This document shows, piece by piece, positions 53,203-64,000 of a DNA stretch of 64,000 bases. Source of the stretch: Geosiphon pyriformis uo1 (Eukaryota; Fungi; Glomeromycota); NCBI GenBank assembly GCA_016748015.1, contig JAAOMT010000779.1:124001-188000 (forward strand), in the 5' to 3' direction. Below the pieces are notes generated by a model. The model searched no databases, was not told the DNA's origin, and was given only the letters and a program-made list of their open reading frames with translations. The number at the start of each line of letters is the position of its first letter. Within the stretch, counting starts at the first letter, position 1. The translations under genes were made by a program, and so were the position numbers.

Positions 53203-54153
53203 CATAAAATTATCTTATAAATCCTATTATTAATTAGCATATTATCATTTCAAATTATCACTTATTACATTAGCAAAATGTCCAAAATTATCATTTAATT
53301 AAATAACCCAATTTGTACACAACACAAATGTAACCTAATTGTGATGATCAAATCATGCAATACCTTGAACTATGTAATATTCAAAAGTTCGCCGAAATTT
53401 GTAGAAATTTACCGAAATAATTGATAGTTTACCAAAATATCTAATAGTTTGCAGAAATAACTTGTAGTTCGCCGAAATGTATCTTTAGTTCAGCGAAATT
53501 GTAGAAAATAGCAAAGTTCAAGTTTATAGAATAGTGTTATGACAAGTTGTATAAAAAAAGAGCATCTCTCTTCGAGAAAATATATCTTACTTTAGATTTA
53601 TTACTTAGAACCATTCCTACACACACAAAAGAAATAAATATCAAATAATTCGAAAAACCAAATTCTTTAATTATTACACTTGAAAAATCCCCAAAACTCA
53701 ACTAACGTTTTGAAATTGATTAGCTACCAATTTCAGTAAACTGTTAGTGACTCCAGGCCTGGATCAAAAACGTTTCTCTTGATAAAATCTGATTTCTTTT
53801 ACATTTCTTTTATTTTTCTTTTTTTTTTCTTATTACAATCATTAAGGTAGCCTACAGACGAGATTCCTGTAGAAGAGTTGACTTTCACAGCAAAGTAACT
53901 ACACATATTTTTAGTGAGCTTCCAGATGAGCAATTCCTGGAAAAGAGTTGACATTTACTACAACATAACTACATAAAGTAACTGGCAAGGAATTGGCCAT
54001 TCCATTTATAAGCCCAGCAGTTCAAATTATAGGAGATAATTTGAAGATAAAAATTCAGTTACTGGAGGTTCAATTACTTTCTGGAAATATAAATTCACAA
54101 CAAAATTAACATTAACAACATTCGAGAAAAGAGACCAAAAACCTCTGGTAACA
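53171..54153 (+). repeat. 3' LTR (983 bp)
   Basis: TGTTACCAGA...TCTGGTAACA, a perfect 10-bp terminal inverted repeat. Confidence 0.97.
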
Positions 54154-57068
54154 ACGTGTTTGTTTCTTTCAATCTGGTTAATACATTGGTACATCATGAT
54201 GTTTTTGAGGTTAGTAAGCATTTTAACATGGATCATTTGGCTGTTTTTGTGTCTTTGGGTTTGGGTGGGCTTTTGGATACACAGTTGAATTCTCTCTGCA
54301 AACAAGCAAACAAAGACAGATGGAAGTTCAATTTCAAAAGTGCTAATAAAGATAAATGGAGTGTATTTGAGGGTGCCACATTGGCTAATGCAGCTATGTT
54401 CTCAGATGAATTTGCTGCTTTGGTGAGGTTTTCAGATTTAGATGCAATATGGGGAATTGTTTACAAGATAATGGTTTTTTCAGTGAATGAGGTGTTCAAA
54501 AAGAAATAGTTCAAGAATTTTGATAAGTTGGAGCTTTTGGTTTCAAAAATTATTAGAGCGTTTCATGAAGGGAATGTTGTAAATTTTGTTTCTTTCATGA
54601 AATGTTGGACTTTTCTGGACAGTATGAAGGCTTCGGTCGTTCAGGATCTAGTAAACTCTGGTGTAGACTCTGGTTATGTTCATTCTGCTTTTTCAGGTGC
54701 CAGGAAATCTTATTGTGCTTCTAAGCTTGTTGAATCTCAGATTGCTAAAGAGGCTAATGTCAGATCTGCCATAGACAAAAGAATGGAGAGTTTTGAAATT
54801 AATAAAAGTCATACAATAAGGAGTGTGCTGGAGCATCCATTTCATAAGGTGGTGCTTGATCATTTGGTTGTCAATAATGAACTGATTTTGGAGCCTGATC
54901 TGATTAAGACAAAAGTAAATGTGATCATAGAGAGCTAGACTAGGAAGCATCAGATGGTTGATGATGTGTCAGATGAATGGTGCTGCCAATATCAACCTTT
55001 GGAATATGTTTTTAATGAAGCTTTTTCTGGGGTGATGAGTCAGATTGGTTATGATGAATTGTTTGGGGTGGTTTCTGTCTTTCCTGATGGCAAAGCTGCT
55101 GGTTTGTTGGGTATCTCGAATGAGCTTTGGAAACATTGTAATAGATTGGTTCTGGAGATGCTATTGGTGCTGTTAAACTCTTGTTTGGCTAGTGAATCAG
55201 TGCCTGGCCCATGGAAAGAGGCCTGGATGTTAATGATTCTCAAACCTTATGAGTGGAAAGATGTCCTGACAAATACACATTCTATTGCTTTAATTAAAAC
55301 AGCTCACAAGATCCTTTCCAAGGTTCTTTCCAATAGGATTTTTGCTGTATGCAGTGCTTTTGATGTTCTCTGTGAAGACAATTTTTCAGTTTTGAAGGAT
55401 ATGACAATTCAGTTTCCTATTTTTGCAATTGGTTTGGTAATTGAGAATGCTTTGGAAAAAAACCATGAACTTTGGCTGGTTTTGCAGAATATGTGAAAGG
55501 CTTATAATTCAATTGGCTGGGAGCATCTTAAAAAGAGTCTGATCAGAATTAAGATGTACAGCAAATTTATTTGGTTTTTTGGTAATATACACAGAGATTG
55601 TACCAATAGGGTTATAACAGACTTCAGTTTAACTAGTAGTTATCAAGTGCATGATGGCTTAGATCAGGGAAAAGTTTTTTCTCCCCTTCTGTGGCACATA
55701 TTTTATGATCCTCTGTTGTGTGAAGTCAAATGTCAGGAAAGTGTGTGTGGGTATAGGTTGAACTCTTGTTTTATTTCTAGAAGTGGTCGTGCTGAAACTT
55801 GGGCTGGGCTTTCTTCCTTTTTTGCCACTAGTGCTTTTGTTGATGATACAATTTGGGTTGGTAACAGTTAAGCTGCTACTTAACATATTCTCAATGTTGC
55901 CAGTGAATTTTTTTGGATCAATGATATTTCTATTAATAATGACAAAACAGTGGCCATTTCTATCAACAACAGAGTTAGCAATCCTTTCTTTTCTATTAGT
56001 GGCTCACCTATTTTCATTGTCAAAAAGGGGGAATCTCATCAGTACCTAAGTATTTTTCTTTCAACTGAGGGTCTTTCAAAACCTAGTTTGGCTAAGACCT
56101 ATTTAGATGTTCGTTTTTTCATCAATTTGGTTCTGAAAAAAACTATCTCAGATAAACAATTCTCGTATTTGGTGTCAGCAGTTCTCCAGCCCATAGTCAG
56201 TTACTGGACACAGTTTAGTTTTATTCTGGTTGGTGTTTGTAACAGGTGGGATGCTCTGATTTGCAAGGGCTTGAAGTATAAGTCTGGCCTTCCACTTGAT
56301 TTTCCCAGTGATACACTTCACCATCCTTTGTTTTATGGTCTAAAATCTTTTTTGCAAGTTCAGTCTAAGTGTAAAGTAGCCTCTCTTATTGGTTTTGTGA
56401 ACTCTGGTGAGATTTTTGGTCACTTGTTTTCTCATAGGTCTTATGACTTGCAAGTTTGGTGCTGGTGTCCTGTTTATCCATTGAATTCCCCTGTTCATGT
56501 TCATGTTAGTGCTTCTAATAACTTTTTGGCAGGCATAGTCCATATTCTTCTTGACTGTAGTTTGTCTTTGGGTGGATCTTTTGTCAGTTCTTTTCAGTTT
56601 TGCAGTGGTATGTCTATGTCTACTGTTTTAGGCGAGTCTAGGTTTTCAGGTTTCTCCCTTCTCTCTGGCAGTTTGGCATTGCTTTGGTGGATCAACTTTG
56701 TGATCATCATGGTGTTGTCTTTGATTGGTACACCTTCAAGTGGTAGAAGAAACTGGACCTCCATGGCTCTATTTCTGAATGGTTCAAGCTTGCTACTGTG
56801 TTTCTCAATGTTGTATCTCCCCTGTCTAGTAATTTACATGTTTTGGGTAGTTGTCAAGATATTTTTGGTTCCAGTAATTTTGTTTCTGTTTGTGATCATC
56901 TTTCCTGGGTTGGTTCTGGTTTGTTATCTGTTTAAACAGATGGATTTTTAAAAAATCTGGGCACTGCTGGCTGTAGAGCTGGTGCTGCTGCTTTTTTCAA
57001 GGACATTGGTTCAGGTTTGGGTGTTGGTGTATTGGGCTTAATGTCATCTACTCTGGTGGAATTGCAGG

Positions 57069-57903
57069 TGTTACAAGTGATTATTTGGGGTGTTAAATCA
57101 AATAACAAACCCGTAACTTGGTGCTAAAAGTTATTTGTGTTGATGTTATTAATCTGAAGGTTTTGGGTTGAGTTCTTTGTATAATAGACAGAAATTTAAT
57201 AGTTATTTTATCCATAGCTTTCCAGAATTGCAATTCTGTCAATTTTTCTCTTGGTATGATGGCCGGCAATCCTCTGGTAAGTATTCCATATCTTTTGTAC
57301 ATGTCCTATCCTCTTGCAGAAGTCTTTTACCAGGCAATTCTTAACATTAGTAATCTAGCACTTTATTCAACCAATTAGTGCACAACAATAAAATCAAAAT
57401 AAAATAAAATAAAGAAAAGAAATAAAAGAAAATCATGAATAAGCCAAGGCGATTTTACAAGTCAGTATTCCATCAATAGCCATGATCAAGAGCTATTGTT
57501 CCAGTGTGTTTAAGTATCAATTATTATCAACATGGAGTGTTGATAGTAGAATTAAGTTTGAAATACCAAATAGTTATTTATTGTGTTTGGAAGATTATCT
57601 AGATGAAATCTAAACTTGATGGTCTGTCTTTTTAGCTTCTAATCCTACTGCTATATATACATAATTGAGATTTCTCAATTCCTCAATTCTTTACAACAAG
57701 AATCCTGGGATTTCTGGAATCCTGCAATTCTTTTGAGAGGAATCCTGGAATTCTGGAATCCTGTGATTCTTTGTGAGAATCCTGTAATTCCTGGAATCTT
57801 ATAATTCCTGAGAGGAATTCTAGAATTCCACATTTTACTACATTTACTTCTGATTGGTTAATAACTATGCTAATATATATTCCCTATATTTCTATGAATA
57901 ACA
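57069..57903 (-). mobile_element. Solo LTR (second family) inside the LINE B RNase H domain
   Basis: TGTTA...TAACA termini and 4-bp TSD CAGG on both sides; excision restores ELQAIALALEC. Strand inferred from the TATA-like tatatatagc on the minus strand. Confidence 0.9.
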
Positions 57904-60404
57904 CAGGCTATTGCATTGGCCTTGGAGTGTGTTCTTTCATCTAGTTCTGTTTACGTGTTTTCTGATAGTCAGTCCATTTTGAGTGCTTGCAAGTCAGAGA
58001 TAGGTCTTATGTGTCCTGATTTTTGCAATCAGTATTGGATTAAACATTGTTATATCACTAATATTGTTTGTGGTAGAAATTTGAGAGTCGATTGGCATAA
58101 GATTAAGGGTCACTCTGGTGTTTCTGGGAATAAGCATGCTAATGCAATTGTTGGTGCTGCTTTTTTCTCTTGTTGGCATCTTCACTCTTGCTTGAATAAG
58201 CATTTTTTGGTGGCTAATGGTGAGGTAGTTTCAGGCAATTCCAGACACTTTGTTTGTGATATTTTTTGCTCAGTTTGTCATGTGCACTAGAAGGTTGGTT
58301 CTGGTTCTAGGTTTTTGGAAGATAGTTTGCTTTCTAATGTTGATTGGCTCCACTTTTCCCAGGTCTGGCATCTTGACTTGCACATGGCCACTGGCTTTAT
58401 TAGCAGGCCTTTAATTAATGTTCGTACTTATTTTATGAAGGCTTTGCACTACCAGTTGCCAGTTGCAGTTAAGAAGCGTCTTTATAGTAAATGCTAATCT
58501 AGTGTGTTGTGTCTATATTGTAGTAATGTGGAGTCTTCGGACCATGTGTTTTTTTGTAAGGTTGACAATTCTGCTCGTCGTCAGATATTGACCTCCCATG
58601 TGGCTTCTTAGAAGGCTTTTTCTGGTTTGTCACTTTTTTTATTAGTCATAATACAGCTGTTATCATCTTGTGCTTCTGATTTTCCAGTCTCCGTGGCTCT
58701 TTGCAAAGGTTTTGTGTTTAATGATTGGTTTCACAAGGCTGTTTTCGTCTTCTGTGATCCTAAAATTGCTGGCTTAGAGGTTGTTAAGTTTGTGCATTCT
58801 CTTGGTCTCGCATTTAGAGATAATATTTGGCTGGTTTATGCTAGACATTGCACCTATATAGAGAGAGCCAAGCTGATTTCATCGGATGGTTCAGCTTTTG
58901 TTTTAGTCTCTGGTTTGACTTTGGGGTTTTCTGTTGATATGGTCAAATTGCTTGGCATTGCTAAGGCTGTGGGCATGCGTTTTGGTTTTCACAAATCCTG
59001 TTTATTTTTTTCTGGTATAGGCAATTTAGTTTCTGTCCATATACTTGCATAGTATTGTTCTGATTGGCCTGAGTAGCTGGTTACGTGTAGACAATCATGA
59101 TTTATGCCTAATACAGATCATTTCTTTGATGTGTAGCTCTAGGTAGTGTTTGGACCTCACTTATTAAGCATTAAAAAAAAAAATAAAAAAAAAATTAATA
59201 TTAAATAAAATGATATAATATATTATTTAATTATTTAATATTAATTTTTTGTTTAAATTAATGTAAAATATATTGACAATATAAGTATTTATATTTGCTT
59301 TTAAAAATTTGATAATATTAATATCTATTAGTTAAAAATATAATATAATATTTAAAAAAAAATAGTGCAAAATAATATTGGTTAATTAGAATAAATTTTT
59401 TCCAATTTAAGTAACTAAAAGTAATATATGTCAATTTTAAATTTAAAAATCTTTATTTATATATTTAAATTATGTTTTTTATATATTTGAATATATTTAT
59501 GCTTTAAATTTGAATTTATAAATCACAAATAGATTAGAAATATTAATTTTTTTAAAGTATTTTGAATTTTTTATATATTTAATTATTAAAGATTGTAATT
59601 TATAAAATTTAGTTAAATTTGTAACAAAAAAAATTGTAATTCAAAATTTATTTTATAAAAAACCCAATTAATTTAATATAACAATAATATATAATAATAA
59701 CAATTAATAAATATAATATACCAATTTTTTTTCTGTATTTTAATATTTTACAAGTGTTTGATTTAATTTCATACAAAAAAATAATTCTGTTTTATTAATA
59801 TTATATATATTAGCAGAATCAAATTTAAATATAATGGTTTTTAATTTTTTTTATTTTTCTAATAAATTTTGAGTTAATATACTTTTTGTTATATTATAAA
59901 ATTAGTAAACATATAACTGGTTTTATTTTTTGAATTTTTAAATCCATCTATTTAAAATTGCATTTTATTTTTATGTATATTAAAAAATTTGCCAAATTTT
60001 TTTTTTCTTTTTAATTACTTAATTATTGAATTTAATAATAATTGTAATTATTTATTTTATTTAATAACTTAAAATTTGGTTTAATAATAGAAATTTAATG
60101 CTTTTGTATTAAATAAATTTTTCTGAAATTTTATCAATTTTAATATTTAATTACTTTATATATTCTTTAATTATTTTGAAAACTGTTAGATAAAAATATA
60201 AAGTTTTAGATATTTATAATTAAAATAAGCTACAATATTATTATGTTTTATGTCATAGTAATTTTTAAAATATTGACAATTTTTTTTACAAAGAATATTA
60301 TTAACTATTACTTGTTTTTGTTTTTTGAATAAAAGTTTTATTCTTATAATAATTTAACAAGTTTATTAAAAAATGTGTTTATAATAATAATATTAGATTT
60401 AGTT

Positions 60405-61910
60405 TTAACAAGTCTGAATTAAAATACAATAAGAGCTAAAAAAACTCTTTTGTCTCCTTAATTTTATAATTACAATCAGAGCAAAGAGTAAAAAAGCTAC
60501 ACTTAATATCTTTCCTAAGATATCTAATAAAATTTCAACTAAAAAAGCTTTTTCTGTTGTAGAAGCAACTAAGCAGAACGTTTTAGAAGTTTTTCCTTTA
60601 TCTAGTAATCGTGAAAAGCTGTTTTTAGTAACTACTAAAGCAACTTCTTCATCTTTAACTGGTCTTTTATCAATCAAAGTTTTTTTAAAAAGACACATTT
60701 GGATTAATTTTAGTATTGTCTTTATTTCTTCAAAGAGCCCAAAATTTTTTAATAACAGACTAGTTAACAAACTGGTCTTTTTTTCTATAGCTTTTATACT
60801 AAATGCTACTAGTATCTTTTTTTTTTAAAAAATGATCAAAAAGACCAAAAGTTCAGAAAAGTAAAAGCAGTTGCTTGCCTCTGCTATTGTTATACTAAAC
60901 CTTTTTGTGGTTCCAACTGAAATCTTAGATGAGATTTCCAATGTTTTATCCAGCATGTTATTACAAATGATTATTTAGGTGGTGGAATTAAATAATAAAT
61001 TCATAACTTGGTGCTCAATAGCTTGATAGTATTGGTAAATCTGAAGATTTTGGTTAATCTAAAGGTTTTAGTGGAGTTTTTTGTATAATAAACAGAGATT
61101 CAATAGTTGTGTCAATAGCCTTCCAGAATAATTATTCCATCTAATTTTTTTTTTAGTGTAATAGCTAATTTATTCTGACAGTTATGTTTTTTTAATAAGC
61201 TATTTATTAATTTATAAATTCTATATTCTTATTTCTGGGTTTTTTACCAGGCTATTTTTGATGTCAATTACTCAGCACTTAATTTTTTTAATTAGTTAGT
61301 AAATTAACAAACAACAAAAAAATAAAAAAAAATAAAAAAAATAAGAAAAGAAAATAAAAATTAGTATTCTGTTAATAGTCATAATCAAGAGTTATTATTC
61401 CAGTATAATTAAGTATTGGATATTATCAACATTTCATGTTGATAATAGATAAGTGGTAAAGATTTTTAATCAAATGACAATAACATGAATTGGATAATAA
61501 TACATATGTTTATTGAATATTTTTGGTAAGTTTACTTTAGTTGATATTACTATCTATGAAATGAGAGTTAATTAATAGTTTTAAAAAAAATGATGCTATT
61601 TGGAACTGAACCAAATTCTGAATACTTTTTTTGCTTTTAATACTACTGCTATATATACATAGTTGGTATTATACAAAATTCCTAAAATTCTGCAATTTTT
61701 TTAGTAGAATCTTAGAATTTTAGAGTTCTAGAATTCTGCAATTTTTTACCAAAAATTCTGGAATTCTGGAATTCTGGAATCTTAGAATTTCTTTGTTATT
61801 ATGTTTATTTTTATTTGGCTATTTCTTTAATTATATAATACTCTTAATTTCTCTAAGTAACATTATTATCTCTTCTTTTTTTAGTAAAAAATGAGTTTAT
61901 TAATACCAAT
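60405..61910 (-). mobile_element. Highly decayed LINE ORF1 relic
   Basis: Remnants similar to LINE ORF1 N-termini (RKKR motif near 61865-61885, EEALVV.KNSF); split by a solo LTR. Confidence 0.55.
60959..61862 (-). mobile_element. Solo LTR (second family), older copy
   Basis: Colinear with 57069-57903 (ttacaaatgattattt, ataacttggtgct, tactgctatatatacata, gaattctg repeats); ends in GTAACA; TSD degraded. Confidence 0.8.
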
Positions 61911-61929
61911 AGCAATAGTAATTTGAATA

Positions 61930-64000
61930 TAATATGAAAAATCTTAAGGAAAATAATATTAGATTTAGCAAAAAAAATGTTTTTTAAGCAATAGTACAAT
62001 AAAGCAAAGTGTTCTTCTAATAAACAGTTATTTAGATTTCATAAGTTAGAATTATTAGTTGTCAAGTTTACTAAAGCTCTAAGTATTAAGGACAATATAA
62101 AATTCAATTATTTTCTATGAGTTTGACTAGTTACTAATCATAAAAGAGTCTTGAAAATTCAGAGCTTGGTTTAGAATAGTATAAGATCAAATAACATTTT
62201 TTGTAGCTTGTTAAAGATCAAAAAAGAATATTACAAATCCAAGTTATATGAGTTAAGAGTTGCTGAGCCTGTAGTCATCAACACTACAATAGAAAAAAAA
62301 ATGGAAAATATTTGCTCAGATAAAAGCCAAATAATTAAAAGCATCTTGAAAAAACTTTCTTGTAAAATGGTTTTAAACTATTTGGTAGTTAATAAAAAGT
62401 TGATTTTGGTACCTAAAAAATTTAAAGCCAAAGTAAATAAGATAATAGAAAGCTAGACTAAGAAATAAAAAATTCCAGAATCTGTTTCTGAGATTTAAAT
62501 AAATTAATATGTTTTTTTAAAGTATGTAAATAATTAAGCTTTTTCTGAGATAATAAATGTTATTAATTATAAAAAATTGATTCAAATAAGTAAAAAGTTG
62601 TCAGACAAGAAAGCTATTGATCTGAGTGGCATATTTAATGAATTGTAGAAGCATTGTAGAGATAATATTCTAAGGTATTTGCTAAACATGCTAAATTTTT
62701 ATTTGTTTTTAAATAAAATTTTAATATTATGAAAACATATTTAGATCTTAATAATACCTAAGTTATATAAATGAAAAAAATTTTAACAAATATTTGTTTT
62801 ATTGCTTTGATTAAAATAACAAAAAAAATTTTGTTCAAAATTTTTTCTGATAAAATTTTTTTTATCTGCAACAAATTGAGATGCTTTATGAAGACAATTT
62901 TTTAATACTAAAGACTACTTTAACACAAACTTTAATTTTGGCCATAGGCTCTGTAATTAAAGATGTTTTAAAAAAAGATAAAAAATTGTGGCTGGTTTTG
63001 CAAAATATGTATAAAGCATATAATTTAGTTAAATGGTGTTACAAGTAATTAATTAGAGTCTTAAATCAAATAACAAATTCATAACTTGGTACTTAATAGC
63101 TATTATGCTATTAGTATCTGAAGGTTTTTGTAATCTGAAAATTTTGAATTGGAGTTCTTTGTATAATAAACAGAAATTCAATGGTTGTTTTATTAGTAGT
63201 CTTTCAGAATCACAATTTTGTCAAATTTCTTTCTTCAATATAGTGGTCAGTTTATTTTGGCAGTTATGCTCTTCTGGTAAGCTATTCTTAATTTTCAAGT
63301 TTCTTATTCTTATTTCTGGGTCTTTTACCAGGCTATTCTTGATGTCAATAATTTAGTGCTTAATTCTTAATCAATTAGTACACAACAAAAAAAATAAAAT
63401 ATAAAAGAAAATCAAAAAAATAAAATATAAGCCAAGGCGATAAAGTTAGTATCCTGTTAATAGTCATAGTTAAAAGTTATTGTTCTAGCATGATCAAATA
63501 TTTGATACTATCAACATGAAGTGTTGATATTGGGGAGAGTAATTTAGATGATAAAAAATTATTTATTGATATTGATAATTCTAATAGAGATGTGATAATG
63601 GAGAGGTTTTGGTAATTATTCTCCTTTTTCTGCTTTTAATGTTTTTGTTATATATATATAATTTAGGTTCTATGAGATTGTTCACATTCCCAAGTGATGT
63701 GCTATAATTTTTTGAGTAATATGCCATAATTTTTTAACATTGTTCCACATTGCTAAACAATATACTATAATTTTTGACATTGCTTCACATTGTTGAGCAA
63801 TGTGCTTATGTGCTAACTACTACTTTCCTATTGGTCTATCTGTTTTCCTACTATTTTTCTTTATACATTTTCTTTATAAGTAATAATGGCACTATTTGTA
63901 TAACAGTTTGATTAAAATTAAGATATGTAAATGTTTTATTAAGTTTTTTGAGAGTATTCACAATAAAAAGATCAATTAAATTATAATGAATTTAGGCTTT
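61930..64000 (+). mobile_element. Highly decayed LINE ORF2 (RT region) relic
   Basis: RFHKLELLV, KMVLNYLVV, KLWLVLQNMYKAYNLVKW|HYLYNSLIKIKIC match LINE A and B ORF2. Confidence 0.8.
63037..63885 (-). mobile_element. Solo LTR (second family)
   Basis: Starts TGTTACAAG like 57069, ends TAATA (mutated TAACA), 4-bp TSD ATGG on both sides; the LINE frame resumes afterwards. Confidence 0.85.

Larger units (their letters stand above)
44296..54153 (+). mobile_element. Full-length Ty3/Gypsy LTR retrotransposon with dUTPase and a third ORF
   Basis: Two LTRs of about 980 bp, order gag-PR-dUT-RT-RH-IN, PBS, PPT, 4-bp TSD ATGT (44292-44295) / ACGT (54154-54157). Confidence 0.97.
41751..59194 (+). mobile_element. 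Full-length LINE B (related family), interrupted by a Gypsy element and a solo LTR
   Basis: ORF1 41901-43706; ORF2 from 43703 with APE (MCNIRG, GGDFNE, INY|VFVS), RT (AFVDDTIW), RNase H (ELQ|AIALALEC, SDSQ, KIKGHSG), ending at 59052; poly(A) 59173-59194. The reading frame resumes across both insertions. Confidence 0.93.

Noticed and set aside
57690-57830. Heat-shock elements in the solo LTR
   Set aside because: TTCnnGAA cores occur, but adjacent units are GAATTC with no spacer, not the canonical nGAAnnTTCn array.

Overview
Eukaryotic, intron-rich, very AT-rich fungal DNA. The gene style and transposon families point to Glomeromycotina, most likely Geosiphon pyriformis; this is from recall of similar proteins, not a search. 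Roughly 1-27 kb holds spliced housekeeping genes (ELP6, a Sct1/Gpt2-type acyltransferase, TFIIF-beta, BBP/SF1, cytosolic ProRS, a HAPSTR1/YJR056C-like gene, two unknown genes, a truncated HOOK gene) separated by extremely AT-rich spacers. Bases 1-1219 duplicate 2120-3338 next to an N gap and are probably an assembly artefact. 28-34.4 kb is an accessory block: a Crinkler-type NTPase-REase gene, a broken Sola-like transposase and a broken intronless LRR gene resembling those of Mollicutes-related endobacteria. 35-64 kb is a transposon nest: two full-length RNase H-bearing LINEs head-to-head, a full-length Ty3/Gypsy element inserted in one of them, three solo LTRs of a second family and older LINE relics. 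The Gypsy element is unusually elaborate: a single-frame polyprotein with an extra N-terminal domain, a Cys-rich domain, a complete dUTPase and a spliced-looking third ORF in the env position. Other highlights are a cluster of branchpoint motifs inside the BBP gene itself (possible autoregulation) and a CpG plus CpA/CpC C-to-T mutation signature in the retroelements.
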